Shown piece by piece: positions 13,746 to 25,982 of a stretch of 64,000 bases of DNA. The position numbers were made by a program, and so were the translations under genes. The stretch is taken from the NCBI RefSeq assembly GCF_018977255.1, contig NW_024704742.1, forward strand, positions 132,496,001 through 132,560,000, written 5' to 3'. Every line of letters begins with the position of its first letter. Position 1 is the stretch's first letter. The notes below the pieces were generated by a model. The model was not told the DNA's origin. It searched no databases and saw only the letters and a program-made list of their open reading frames with translations. This DNA is from Callorhinchus milii (lineage: Eukaryota).

Positions 13746-14030
13746 AATCCTTGCATTTGATAGATCATGTCATTGAGACGCCTCAAAGCACCTCACTGAA
13801 TATACTGTGAAGTGAATTGACTGTAAATTTTGTGGGTGATATGTGGCAGCCAATTGCACACAGCAGTGTCCCACAAACAGTTTGGATTGAATGACCAAAT
13901 TATTACTATTATTTTTTTTGGAGGGTTTATTACCCCCCCGGAAAGTGATCCGCCAATTGACTAACAACCGGGATCCTACTTACTGCTAGGTAAACAGAGG
14001 CTTGTGAAGTCAGGAAATTTGCCTAATTTG
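13746..14030 (-). mobile_element. Long-variant tRNA-SINE, 5'-truncated
   Basis: Reverse complement of the 764-1103 body. Confidence 0.8.
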
Positions 14031-14093
14031 TTTCCCTACGTTATATAATTTGATGTTAACCATAAATTCTAGGCAGTCTAACTGGGCAAGCTA

Positions 14094-14340
14094 ATACAAT
14101 ACAATACAAAATTACATTTGTAAAGTGCCTTTCAGGTTGGGAGGACGTCCCAAGGCACTGAATAGTCAGGGATTAGTGATTAGGACCCGAGCGGGGTGTT
14201 GGGATCAGGGAAGATGGAGGACAGAGAGGGTGGCCGAAGGCACGGTTGAAGGAGATAAGGGAGGGAGCGAGGCGAAGGGAATGTGGGATGGAGTTCCAGT
14301 GGTTGAGGGCAGAGAGGATGAAGGCCCAACCGCAGAACAA
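14094..14340 (-). mobile_element. L2 LINE 3' end with (TTGTA)n tail
   Basis: (TACAA)n followed by the reverse complement of the GGGACGTCCTCCC stem-loop. Confidence 0.8.
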
Positions 14341-16227
14341 TCTGGATATATCAGGGAGTTCATAGAATAATGAAAACATGGAATTATTGAATGATTACAG
14401 CACAGAAGTAAACCATTTGGTCCGTGCTGTCTTCTCATTTGCCTGTTCTCTCCCCATACTCTTTAATATTATTTTCTTCAAATATTTATCTAAGTTCTTT
14501 AAAATACAATTCTGGACCCAGTTGAAACAACCTTAAGGGGTAATTGTTGTTTAGGGAATGAGACATGAATGACAATGGTAGTTTGTTAGCTTTATATTAG
14601 GACTGACTAAACAGACCACAATGGCCTCTTCCTGTAAAATACTATGTTCTTTTGAAAAAAAATCATGAATAATGTAATAATGAACAAGTAAAATAATAAT
14701 ATTCCTTTTACATCAGGAGGATGTCTCAGAGCACTTGACAGAATATACTGTACAGTGTAGTGACTGTGTATTTTGCAAGCAAATTCAGCAACCAATTTGC
14801 ACACATCAAATGGAAGAGCCAATTAAAATGTTACAAATAATCATTACTGTTTTGAGTTGTGTGATAAAGGCCTTCGCACATACTCTCCAGTAATTTCTGT
14901 CATAACGTGTATCCTCAATTGTTCTAGTCTTGTAACTCACTGTATTTTTCTCTAGTGCTTTTTATATCACACATGTGTCACTGGAGTCACAGCACTCTAA
15001 CAAGTAATTGGAATAATACCACAAGTCATTTGTGCTTTAACAATAATAACAACTTGCATTTATATAGTGCCCCTCATACAGTGTAGTATTCCAGTCTAGC
15101 GAGCTAGCACTCAATGTGTATATGGAACACTGTACTTCAACATTAGGGTTGGAAAAATGTTTGCTGGGAAATGTGATTCATGACCCAAAGTGGGTGTCGT
15201 ACAAGAAATTTGCTGTATATCATACTGAGAAGAGTTTTCAGCTCCGAACATCAGCTTCAGCTCTGAAATCATCAGAGAGATGAAGGCTCTAAGACAGCAT
15301 GATGTACAGTGGATTCCCTAGAGAAAATACAAGTTTATATTTCCAGGCTTACAACATTTGAGCAATTTGCAATTCCTTTCCCCTCCCCAATTGTGACAAT
15401 TACAAAATTAATACCAAATACCATCAACAGAGTTTTATATGATCTGCCTGGTACAGGAACTAGAACTCTACCATTTGCATAGCGTTCAAGTGAAGAGTAA
15501 ACCATTGTTTTCTGAATCTTATTTATTGAAGTGTGCATTCGAAATGGCCTCTTTACCTCTCCAGTCTTCTTCTGCCCTACTCCTCCGCTCACCCCCTCCG
15601 CCCAGCTAACGCAGGCTTGTTGCACAGCCCATGTTCTCTCCATGTCACCATTGGTTCCTATGCCCCTAACCTCAGGAACTGCCTTCCTCTACCACTCTGT
15701 CTGACCCCTTTTCTTTCTGCCTTTAAATCCCGCCTCAAATCTTACCTCTTCAAACATCCCTTTGGCCACCTCGTGCTCCATTCGACTTTCCCTTGCTCAG
15801 CATCCAACCCTGACCTTGTAGAGCACTCCAAGATATTACCTTACATGAACAGTGCTGCATAATTTCAATAATTATTAATTAAATTAACAACAACTGTGCT
15901 CAATTGGCTGCTGCGTTTCACCCACAAATATACAAACAATTCACTTTACAGTATATTCTGTGAAGAGCTTTGAGATGTCTAGAAAACGTAAAAAAGTGCT
16001 ATGTCAAATGCAAGGATTATTACCATATATTATTGTTGTTTACTTTTGACTTATCATTATAAAATATTGTCCATCTGCATCCTGGCCAATCACCAGTTAC
16101 AGATTTGTTCGGTATTCATCCTTGGTATTGGCAAGTGATGTAATTCTTCTGCTCTGTGGTAATAGGAAGTATTATCATTGTTTTCCTGCCAAATGTTATA
16201 GTACTGTACAAGGTGTTCATTTTACAG

Positions 16228-16317
16228 GTGAAATGGCAGAAAGATGACCTGGACAACAATTTGAACTTTTTTTCCATCTCATCAGATGGAAGAATTGTTT
16301 GCTGGGCTTTAGTTAAG
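16228..16317 (+). CDS. DNAI1: DNAI1 coding exon (equiv. exon 14), 90 nt, [30 protein letters not shown]
   Basis: tttacag / gtattg; near-identical to human [30 protein letters not shown]. Confidence 0.97.
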
Positions 16318-17232
16318 GTATTGTCTGCTACTTTTCTTTTATTGGGGTTGGATTACTTGGTGTGAGAAATGTGATATAATCCGATAATTACTACCGGTGG
16401 CATTATCATGTTGAAAATTCTGCTCCTATCAATGTCCCAACATGTCAACGCTTGGCTGCGGGTGAAAATTCCCTGATTTAGTCCAAATGAGTTGAGCCTG
16501 AAGTCACCCATGGCAGCCATTGAACCAGACCACTAGCATTTCAGTGTCAGCTTCACTCAATACATGTCATGGTTTTCACCTCATTATCACTAGTCACGGG
16601 TAATTAATGTAGGCAGTTGCATGCCTCTAGCATTTTTAACATAGAAGTGTGAATTAGGTATAAATTCATATTGAAGGTATTCCTCATGATATTATGGGAA
16701 ATCTTCCACAAATGAGAAGTTACTGTAGAGTATTTCCCCTATTTTTTAACATTTAAATAGTCCTGATTCATAGCAATCTCCATTGTAACAGTTTAGATTT
16801 ATAATTATCATCTGTATACGAATTGCAAGGTCCAAAACGCTTACCACAAGGCCAACATGGTGGAACTTGCAATGTGGGCAGCTATAACCCGGAACCTACA
16901 TCCTATTAGGAGCACTAAGGTGCTTGCCGTCAGCTTTATTTATTGGACCAAGTAATTGGGAAAGTCATGGCTATAGTTTTTACTGACCTAATTGTATAAT
17001 TTCTGTCATATAAATGTCTTTATTTTAGTTAATACAACAAATATATAACATGGGCTTCACATCCAAGATCAGCAGACGATTAGAAGTTGATTATACAATA
17101 CTGCACTGTAACATGGTACAGAATCAAATTATTCCCAAAAAGTCATCATGAGAAACAATATAATATCTATTTAATTCTTCAATATGATATTACATGCAGT
17201 ATTTGGTCATCTGAACTCCCGGCCCTGCATTT

Positions 17233-17550
17233 GGAGTCCTGTAGCTCAGTGGTTAGAGTACTCGCTTTGCAAGTGAGAGACCCGAGTTCAATCCCAGGCA
17301 GAGGGCGAAACCTTGGGCAAGTTTCCTTACTCCACACGCCTAATAATAATCCCTCCAAAACCAAAAACAATAATAAATTGGTCATTTTCAATCTACGACT
17401 GTTTGTGGGACATTGCTGTGCGCAATTGACTGCTACGTTCGCCCACAAATAGACAGTCAATTCACTTTACAGTGTGTTCTGTGAAGTGCATTGGGACATC
17501 CTCCCAACGTGAAAAGCGCTATATCAAATGCAAGGATTATTATTATTATT
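17233..17550 (+). mobile_element. tRNA-Ala-derived SINE, short variant, full length
   Basis: A box TAGCTCAGTGG, B box GAGTTCAATCC, anticodon arm CTCGC-TTTGCAA-GTGAG; CTCCC-loop 3' end; (ATT)n. Confidence 0.9.
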
Positions 17551-18399
17551 TTATTTGATAATGTATTCCCATGGCTAACTCAACCAGCTACCACAAAATA
17601 TACAGTCACACTTTGCAGTTTATTCTATGAAGCACTTTGAGACATAATAATATTCCTTGCATTTGATTTAGCGCCTTATATGTCTTCAAGATGTCTCAAG
17701 GCTCTTCACAAAATATATTGTAAAGTGAATTGACTATATTTTTTGGACAAAATGATAAGGTGCTATGTAAAATGCAAGGATTATTATTATTACCAATTTT
17801 GCTTGATCGGAGGGGTCACAAAGGCCAGAAACCCGACTGACATTATACCGATTGCTAAGGATACATGTTACGTTTCAATTGAGAAAGTAGGTGCCTGATA
17901 TATTTCAAAACAATTGGCACTGGTTTTTCAAGTCTATTAATGAATTCTGCATATTTAGAAGTTGCATAATGAGTTAGAAGTTGTTGTGAAGTTAAGTTAC
18001 TCTGGGCTTTCATTTAACTGTTGTTGAACAGATATAGAATTTTTGGTTCTTCTTGCCTTTTGCCTAGCAAGACCCATCAGGATCAGTTTCAAGTGAACCT
18101 CACAGCAGAACTGAATGATATAATAATAATTAATGATCCTTGCATTTGATAGAGCGCCTTATCACGTCTTCGAGACATCCCAATGAATGGTCGGTTCTGG
18201 CACCATACCATCCAGCAGATCTCCTGATTGACTGTAGTCCTCTTGAGAATCATAGCTTAGAGGAGCTAGAATTACAACAGTTATTTGTGCCAACACAGCT
18301 GGCTTCTGGAAAAGACTTTGAATACCAAATGTTATTTTAGCTGCCATTGCCAAAAAACACCCACTTTATCCCTGCAAAATAATGTATCAGCATTATTAC

Positions 18400-19070
18400 C
18401 ATCCACTAACTATTTTCCTTGGAGGCTGATAAGCTGGGTCTATGTGGAGCTGACCTCACTCCAAAATGATGTGGGGCAATGGAATGTCAGAATCGATGTA
18501 ACACTCTGAGGCATTCTCCGCAACCACTTTCTGAGCTAGTTGGGCCTGCAGTTTTCCAAGGAACTGCTAATGACAGACCAGGCAGTCTGGTTCATCAGCA
18601 GGACCTGTATGAGTAGATCACAAAGTTCAGTAGAAGCCATAGGGATTTCTCCTCCTATCAATCACGCATTTGACAAAAATAGGATCCAAATGTATATTGG
18701 TGCAGGGATTCTTCCCAATCTGCTCCTGTTCACCCTGCAAACCAAATTTCAAATGGATGGAGTGATCCTAGCTGGACAAGCGGTGGGAAGCTTTCCAGAC
18801 AGTGTTCTCAATAACACGTTTGGCGGTTTTAACTGGTTAAACCCCAGCAATATCCCAATGCAAATTCCTGGGTTCCCAAGTCTTGGCTTTTACCAACCTA
18901 CGCCTATTACACTCTGGAATGAGGTAAAAAGGATGTTCCTCTCTGGGCAGAAAGTGCACATTCCATTCCAGCCACAGGAAAGTATGCGTACATATGTGGA
19001 ACTCTCAGATTGATTTGTATATTCTTAAGCATGGTGATAGGTTTCTGCATATATCAGATACCCGACTGGA
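18400..19070 (-). mobile_element. Old interspersed repeat, putative Tx1/L1-clade ORF2 C-terminal relic (copy 1 of 3)
   Basis: Alignable with 37300-37900 and 63580-63915; reverse frame gives MECALS, ALGYC, TGADWEESL, LWLLLNFV, loosely like the Tx1 C-terminus. Confidence 0.5.
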
Positions 19071-19287
19071 CTTTTAAAAAAATTACTATATCTTAAAATA
19101 CAACCTGCAAGGATTTGCTCCAAACCTGAAGCAAGTCTAAATCCTCTGATGAAGTCGGCAGTAGGGACCAACCTGTGAAGGTGTGATTTGTTATAGCCAC
19201 CTCGAATCTAAAACATTTTGCTCCTCATTTAGTTTGAAAAACAGCAGTCACAGCATGATTAATGATGTATTTTCTTGTTAAACTCAG

Positions 19288-19375
19288 GAAGAGCTTGTTC
19301 ATACAGATATCATCAAGCTCATAATACATGGACTCTGCAAGGATGAACTGGAAAATCTGCAGCTGAAAATTGTGG
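19288..19375 (+). CDS. DNAI1: DNAI1 coding exon (equiv. exon 15), 88 nt, EELVHTDIIKLIIHGLCKDELENLQLKIV
   Basis: aactcag / gtaagc; LVHxDxIKL...LQL similarity; phase 0/1 keeps the frame. Confidence 0.92.
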
Positions 19376-19654
19376 GTAAGCCTATGTGATAATTTCAGTG
19401 GGAAGACACACGGACTTCTCCCCCTACTGTGCAGGCACTCAAAAAAGTAGGGTGAAAATGGATAAATTACTCAACCGTAGCCTATTTTGTAATAGGAAAA
19501 CTCCAAGACCCACTGGAATATAAATTATCCTGAAAATTTCTAGAAACACCCCCTCTTCCCCCCCAAAACTGCTAGTCTAATGTGTTAATAATAATAATAA
19601 TAATCCTTGCATTTGATATGCGAAATCTCATGTTTTCGTATTCAGCCTTCAATG

Positions 19655-20070
19655 TGTCAGCCTGGCTCAGATGGTAGCACAATCACCTCTGTGTCAGAAG
19701 GTTGTGGGTTTAAGGCCTATGTGAGACTTGAAACTCATATATCTAAGCTTACATTCCAATAAAGTGCTGGGATGTTGGAGGTACCATTCTTCAGATGAGA
19801 TGTTAAACCGAGGCCCCATCTGCCTGTTCAGGTAGACATTAAAGATCTTATGGACCTATTAGAAAAGAGAAGGGAGTTTCTGTCTCTCTCTCTCTGTCCT
19901 GGCCAACAATCACCCCCTCCCCCCAAATAAAATTGGTCATTCACATTGTTTGTGGGACATTGCTGTGCACAATTGGCTGTTGTGTTTGCCCACAAAACAC
20001 ACAATCACGGTACTTTACAGCTTATTGTGTGAAGTACTTGACGTGGATTCCAAATGTAAGGATTTTTTAT
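19655..20070 (+). mobile_element. Deu-domain SINE (SacSINE1/AmnSINE1-like)
   Basis: TGTCAGCCTGGCTCAG head; Deu core GATGAGATGTTAAACCGAGGCCCC...AAAGATC..GTCCTGGCCAA; related copies at ~50-310(-), 6990-7360, 12657-12835, 29415-29570. Confidence 0.75.
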
Positions 20071-20639
20071 TTTTATTAATTCTAAGAAATCATCCTCACC
20101 TATACATTAAAAAAANGTTCCTTCCATCTTTCTCTTTCTCCCTCTGTCTCTCTCTGTCTCACACTCAAAAAAAATAAACCTCACGGGAATGCTCTCTTCA
20201 TTTCTCACTCTCAAAAAATTAAGAGTTAGAGATGCAAAGAGAATAAACTAAAAGGAGACTGGATAGCGATAGAGAGGGCCAGAGAAAGCGAGGGAGTGAA
20301 AGGCAGAGAGAGACACAGAAACATTCACAAACAAAGCTCATTGCCAATAGGTCACTCCTACAAACCTACGTTCCTAGGAAAGTCCTTCTCCCTATTGCCC
20401 GTCTGGGGGTGGGCTCTCTTCCTGACCTAATCATATCTTGCTTTAGGCTTCTTGTTGTATTCTTTCTTTGTACAAATACAGTTTGCCCAAGAAAAGAGGA
20501 ATGTCCTGCAGTGCAGGGGTTAAAACTACAAAATATTAATCCATCAAACTTGAAGTATTTTCCAGTCCTCCGCACTAGAGGGAAAGCAGAAGCCACTGGA
20601 GTCTGTAACCTTGTTTATCTTCTTTGCAATTTTTGCTAG

Positions 20640-20719
20640 ACTGTGGAACCTCCTTCGATTTCCACATAGAGGATGACAAGATGTTTCTGGTTGGCACGGA
20701 AGATGGCAAATTACACAAG
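20640..20719 (+). CDS. DNAI1: DNAI1 coding exon (equiv. exon 16), 80 nt, (D)[26 protein letters not shown]
   Basis: ttttgctag / gtaaga; FDFH...FLVGTExGK motif; phase 1/0. Confidence 0.96.
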
Positions 20720-21299
20720 GTAAGATGACTTTAAGTATAGCCATAAAATAGACAACAGTTACTTTCTTACATATGAACCTGAAGTTCGTCATCAAAGTTG
20801 GCAGAAAGTTGCTTTGCTTCAGGCAACTGTAGATTTTGCAAAGAGATGAAAAACTAGACAATATGAAAATCTTTAGGCAATGCACGATTAAATCTCATTA
20901 GCAGGCGACCTTAGTAAAAGTGTAATGCTGATCGGATTTTAGCCCAATGATTTCCCCAATGGTACAAGTGAAAATGGCCTACAATTGCACTTGAACACTT
21001 TTGTGACTTGAATCTGCAAATTTTGATCTTTGCAAATTCTATTATAGAGGACAGAAAGAAGATATTTAAAAAGAAATTGTACTGCATACATATCTTCTGT
21101 AGTAGTGCTATAAATTGTACTGTTTTTATTTTACGTTGAAGAACTGTTGTTGGGTCAAGGATCATTGTACAGCATGCCAGGACTAAAGAATAGGAGAGAA
21201 GCAAAGTATTGGGAGTCATGTAGCACAGTACTAGTCCACCGCCTGACCTGTCAAGATTTTGGTTCACACATTTAAGGACATGTCCTCTGGGAACATTAA

Positions 21300-21575
21300 G
21301 GGTCAACCTTTTAGAAGAGTTGAGAAAACATTTCTTCACTCAGAGGGTAGTGAATTTATGGAATTCACTATCCCAGACGGTTGTAGATGTTCAGTCCTTG
21401 AACATCTTCAAGGCTGAGACTGATAGATTTTTAAAAAATAGGGATTAGGGGATATGGGGATAGGGCAGGTAATTAGAGTTAGGTCTGCAGATCAGTCCTG
21501 ATCTTATCGAATGGCGGGGCAGGCTCGAAGGTCCGAATGACCTACTCCTGCTCTTAATTCTTATGTTCTTATGTA
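21300..21575 (+). mobile_element. CR1 LINE 3' end
   Basis: FFTQRVVNLWNSL; 3' UTR ending in (TTCTTATG)n. Confidence 0.85.
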
Positions 21576-21999
21576 ACATAGCTTTGTATATAGTGTTCAA
21601 AGGGTAAAGGGCTGAATTACCCCACTAGGATTTGAAGCAGAATCTTCTGGCACCAAGGGTGGTACTCAAGCTGACTTTGCTAAGCAGGAAGTGATGAGGA
21701 GAGAAAGTGACAGAAAACCTATCCTGCAGTTTGTTAAAATTAACACTGATATCTATATACTCTGATCACTGGTTGAAGTCCTGAACAAAATATATATGAC
21801 CTATAAACCATAATAAGAGTTTGATAAATGCTTCTTAGAAATCATTAAGGGTTTGCTTTCAAAGTACATTCTGTAAGATTCTGTAGGTGTATTACTAAAT
21901 CTATTGGTGGCCGATTTTCTTCTTAGTGTTTTTTTATTTATGGCATGTCACTGCAGTGCAGTAGATACCAGAGTCTCTCACATACATGTTCTACATCAG

Positions 22000-22650
22000 T
22001 AACAACAACAAAATTACATTTGTATAGTCCCTTTCACATCGGGAGGATGTCCCAAGTGCTGGATAATCTAGAGTTTTGGACCAAAGCCGGGGTTCGAGAT
22101 TGGGGAGGGTGGAGGGCAGGGGGGAAGCAGGGTGATCACAAGCACAGTCAAAGAAGAGGATCTTGAGATAGGTCTTGAAGCAGGCAAGGGAGGGGCGAGG
22201 TGGAGGGACTGCGGGATGGAGTTCTAGGGGCGAGGCGGAGACGTGAAGCAGGCCGGAGCTCACTTAGCGGAGGGAGCGGGCAGGATGGTAGGGGGTTAGG
22301 AGGTTGCAGAGGTAGGAGGGAGCAAAACCATGGAGGGCTTTAAGATGAGAACCAGGATCTTGAACTATATCCTCTGTGTGATGGGAAGCCAGTGGAGTCG
22401 GGTGAGGATGGGGTTGATAGGGTCACGGAGCCTGGTGTAGGAGAGGACACGGGCTGCAGAGTTCTGAATGATCTGCAGCCTATGGAGGGAGTAGTTGGGG
22501 AGGCCGACAAGCAAGGAGTTTGCATAGTCAAGGTTCGATGTAATGAATTAATGTATGAGGGTTTTGGCGGCCTGCGGTGTGAGATAGTGGCGGAGTTAGG
22601 CGATGTTGCGGAGGTGGGGGAAGGCACAGCGGGTCATGGCACAGATGTGT
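22000..22650 (-). mobile_element. L2 LINE 3' fragment
   Basis: Reverse strand encodes SxLDYAN / LHWLP; (CAA)n at 22001. Confidence 0.88.
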
Positions 22651-24462
22651 AGAAAATAAAAAGATTATGGGCAATAAACTCTGCAATAAACCTTAACTGG
22701 AGGCTGTTAGGAAAATCAATATCAATGTGGAGGAAAGCACTATCTTTTGTGATTAAGTGAAATTAATAATGACAACATTTATGTGTAAATACCATAATGG
22801 TCTGATCTTGAAACTAGTATTTTCTGACTCCCTTTTAAGGTGATTTACTGTATGTAGACCTATTGGGTTCCAAACCCTGAATAGTCATCTGTGCCATCTA
22901 TAATGACCCGCTGAGCTACAAAATCTTCCGTTTGGCACTCTTGTTCCACTATTGCTGGATCCAAACTGTCAGTGACTCAACATCTGCCAGGGTCCCTATG
23001 TAAACCCTGTTGAGTTTATTGAAACACAGACTATTAGTATTTATCAAAGTTTCCATTGGCCATGACTACATTTTCTGCGCACATATATCCACAAGAGCAT
23101 TAAAGTACAATGTAGAAACAAATGCATAAAGGAAAACTGGCATAACCTTTTAGGATGTCTTTTTCTTTTGTTTTCCTAGTGTTTTACAAAAACCCTCTGC
23201 TTTCACCTTATTGACCCCTTTAAATTTAGGTCAACACTCAAGTCTTTATTCCAAAGAGAACCAATTGAATTCCCTTCGCTACTCTTTCCACCTTATTGAT
23301 TTCAGATACAGTACATTTCTTTTGTGCTTTGTAAACTGATTTATTTTTCTTTGCCGTATGAACCTGCCAGTGTTGTCCCATATAGATAAAACATGAATAC
23401 TGAATCGGTAGGTTTTCAGTTGCCTAAGAAAAAAATAGGATATCTTGATGAAACTAATTAAAAAGATTGAATAGAATAAACAACTTTCTTTTGTAAAATG
23501 CTTTGGATTCTAATTGTGTGGAATGAAAATTGTGCATCAAAGTAAATTTGGTTATATAGAAACCATTATCATATAGATTAGAACACATTTGGGTTGCTGT
23601 ACTTAAACTATTCAGAAGTTAGTAACTTATCTTCTTTCTCATGTAAAACCCATTAGCAGACAGATGAGCTTAGAATTATGATTTCATCCCTGCACAATTC
23701 CGCTTACAGCCTGGGAACTAACAAAAAAGACTGCTGTCTCCTTCATAACTTTGAGTGCATTGCCTAATGATGTGATTATACAGATTTCAAAGATAATATA
23801 CCTATGTTTTTCTTACCAGGATTTTGGCCGTGAGTTTTTGGTGATGTCATCCCACTAGATACATTACACTGCTATTTGCAACCTAACTGTTAATAATAAT
23901 CCTTGTATTTGATATAGTGCCTGATTACATTGTTGCAAAGCACTTCACAGAATACACTGTAAAGTAAATTGACTGTATTTTGTGTGTGAAACGGTTATAG
24001 CCTCCTTTCCCATCTTCAGGTTGCGCCTGAAGACCTTCTTTTCGACTGTGCTTAAGGTCACCTCCCCCCTTCCACTGGCTCAGCGTCATGCTCTACCATT
24101 GTCAAGCAATCTGAGATGTGTGAAGGGCACTATATAAATGCAAATTGTTGTAACAGTTAGCTCTTGTGCTGCCTGGTGAGTTAACAGAAAAGTAATAAAA
24201 AGAGACACAGTAATAATAATCCTTGCTTTTGATATAGCCCCTTATCACATCTTCGAGACGTCTCAAAGTACTTCACTTATTTACTGTAAAGTGAATAGAT
24301 TGTATATACCGTGGGCAAAATTTGGCAGCCAATTGTGCACAGCAGTGTCCCACAAACAGTTGTGGTTTGAGTGATCTCTAATTTTTATTTTTTTATTTTG
24401 GAGGGATTATTACCCCTGGAAAAGTGATCCACCAATTGACAAACAACCAAGTTCCTATTTGT

Positions 24463-24787
24463 GGAGTCCTGTAGCTCAGTGGTTAGAGCACTCGCTTTGC
24501 AAGCGAGAGACCTGAGTTCAATTCCAGGCAGAGGGCGAAACCTTGGGCAAGTTTCCTTACTCCACACACCTAATAATAATCCCTCCAAAAAACCAAAAAC
24601 AACAATAAATTGGTAATTTTCAATCTATGACTGTTTGTGGGACATTGCTGTGCGCAATTGGCTGCCGCGTTCGCCCACAAATATACAGTCAATTCACTTT
24701 ATAGTGTGTTCTGTGAAGCGCTTTGGGACGTCCTCCCGACGTGAAAAGCGCTATATCAAATGCAAGGACTATTACTATTATTATTAT
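24463..24787 (+). mobile_element. tRNA-Ala SINE short variant, nested in an antisense long-variant SINE (24211-24460 plus 24788-24908)
   Basis: Full-length copy; the two flanks join into one continuous minus-strand long SINE. Confidence 0.9.
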
Positions 24788-24916
24788 TTACTACTAGGTA
24801 AACAAAAGGTGTGGGGAAACTTACCTAAAGTTTTGCCTTGCCCAGGAATCGAACCCGGGTCCTCTCTCTTGTGAGGCGAGTGCTCTAACCAATACACGAG
24901 AGGACTCCGAAAAAAT

Positions 24917-25210
24917 ATTTGATATAGAGCCTTATCACATCCTCAAGATATCTCAAAGCAGTTCACAAAATATATACTGTAAAGTGAATTAACAGTATAT
25001 TTTGTGGGCGAAATGCAGCAGCCAATAGTGCACAGCAGTGTCCCACAAACAGTCATGGATTGAGTGACCAATTTATTATTATTTTTCTTTGAAGGAATTA
25101 TTTTGCCCGGAAAAGCGATCTGCCAGTCGACTAACAACTGGGTTCCTACTTACAGCTAGGTAAACAGTGGCATGTGGAGTAAGGAAACTTGCCCAATGTT
25201 TCGCCCTGCA
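24917..25210 (-). mobile_element. Long-variant tRNA-SINE
   Basis: Reverse complement of the long-variant body. Confidence 0.8.
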
Positions 25211-25982
25211 AAATCAGAAACATAGTAAGAGGATTATAGTAGGTTTTGCTTGGTGGTTTGGTATTGATGTCTTGGTCAAATTTTAAACAAGTTCTTACAG
25301 TTGGTTGGTCTTGCAAGTTGCTGCTCATACTGTTATTCCATGAATTTGACAAGTCCTATACCAAACTAGAAAAATCTCACTCATCAAAAATAGTTTAAGA
25401 TCTTGAGAACGAACATTGTAAATGTGACAAGTTTTTAATATCTGTTTTTGACAGACCAAAACTGTTGTTGTATTAAAATATGGTTTCAATTATTTCCTCT
25501 TTTCCAGATAGGTTTCTTATGGGAAAATAGTGTTATAAAATTAAATAATAGTTCCTATTATTTGTCCCTTTCATGTTCTTCCCGTTGAAGTACTGTAAAC
25601 ATTTAAAAACAAAATTAACTCCTCAATCATGGTGAAATTGCTATTTAATTCTTTTTTTATCATCTTGAAAACTTTCGTTTCCTGAATTTGAATATCAACC
25701 CAGATTAATATTTAAATTTGGGTGTTGTGTCTGGGGCATAGTGCACTAATGCATTGTTCCACTAGGCAGCACAACAGCTGTATGTGTGTCCCATCAATTA
25801 AAGGTGAGTTGATCTTGAATTGACTTATTCTATTTCAATTGAAATAAATGGGATAGTCTCTGGTAAATTCAGTTGCATTGCATTCTTTATTGAACCATTT
25901 CATCACAAACCCTAGTGTTGTCAAACACACCATTTGGTGCACCTCTTTATGTTTCTATTCGTGACTGTCAATCTGAATGGTC

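Noticed and set aside
17233..17305. Apparent tRNA-Ala(TGC) gene (also at 24463, 40948, 59429)
   Set aside because: No proper acceptor stem, and each is followed by SINE body and tail; these are SINE heads.
18540..19013. 157-aa plus-strand ORF
   Set aside because: Differences between repeat copies fall mostly on its second codon position and the frame is broken in the other copies; it is a shadow ORF of the repeat.
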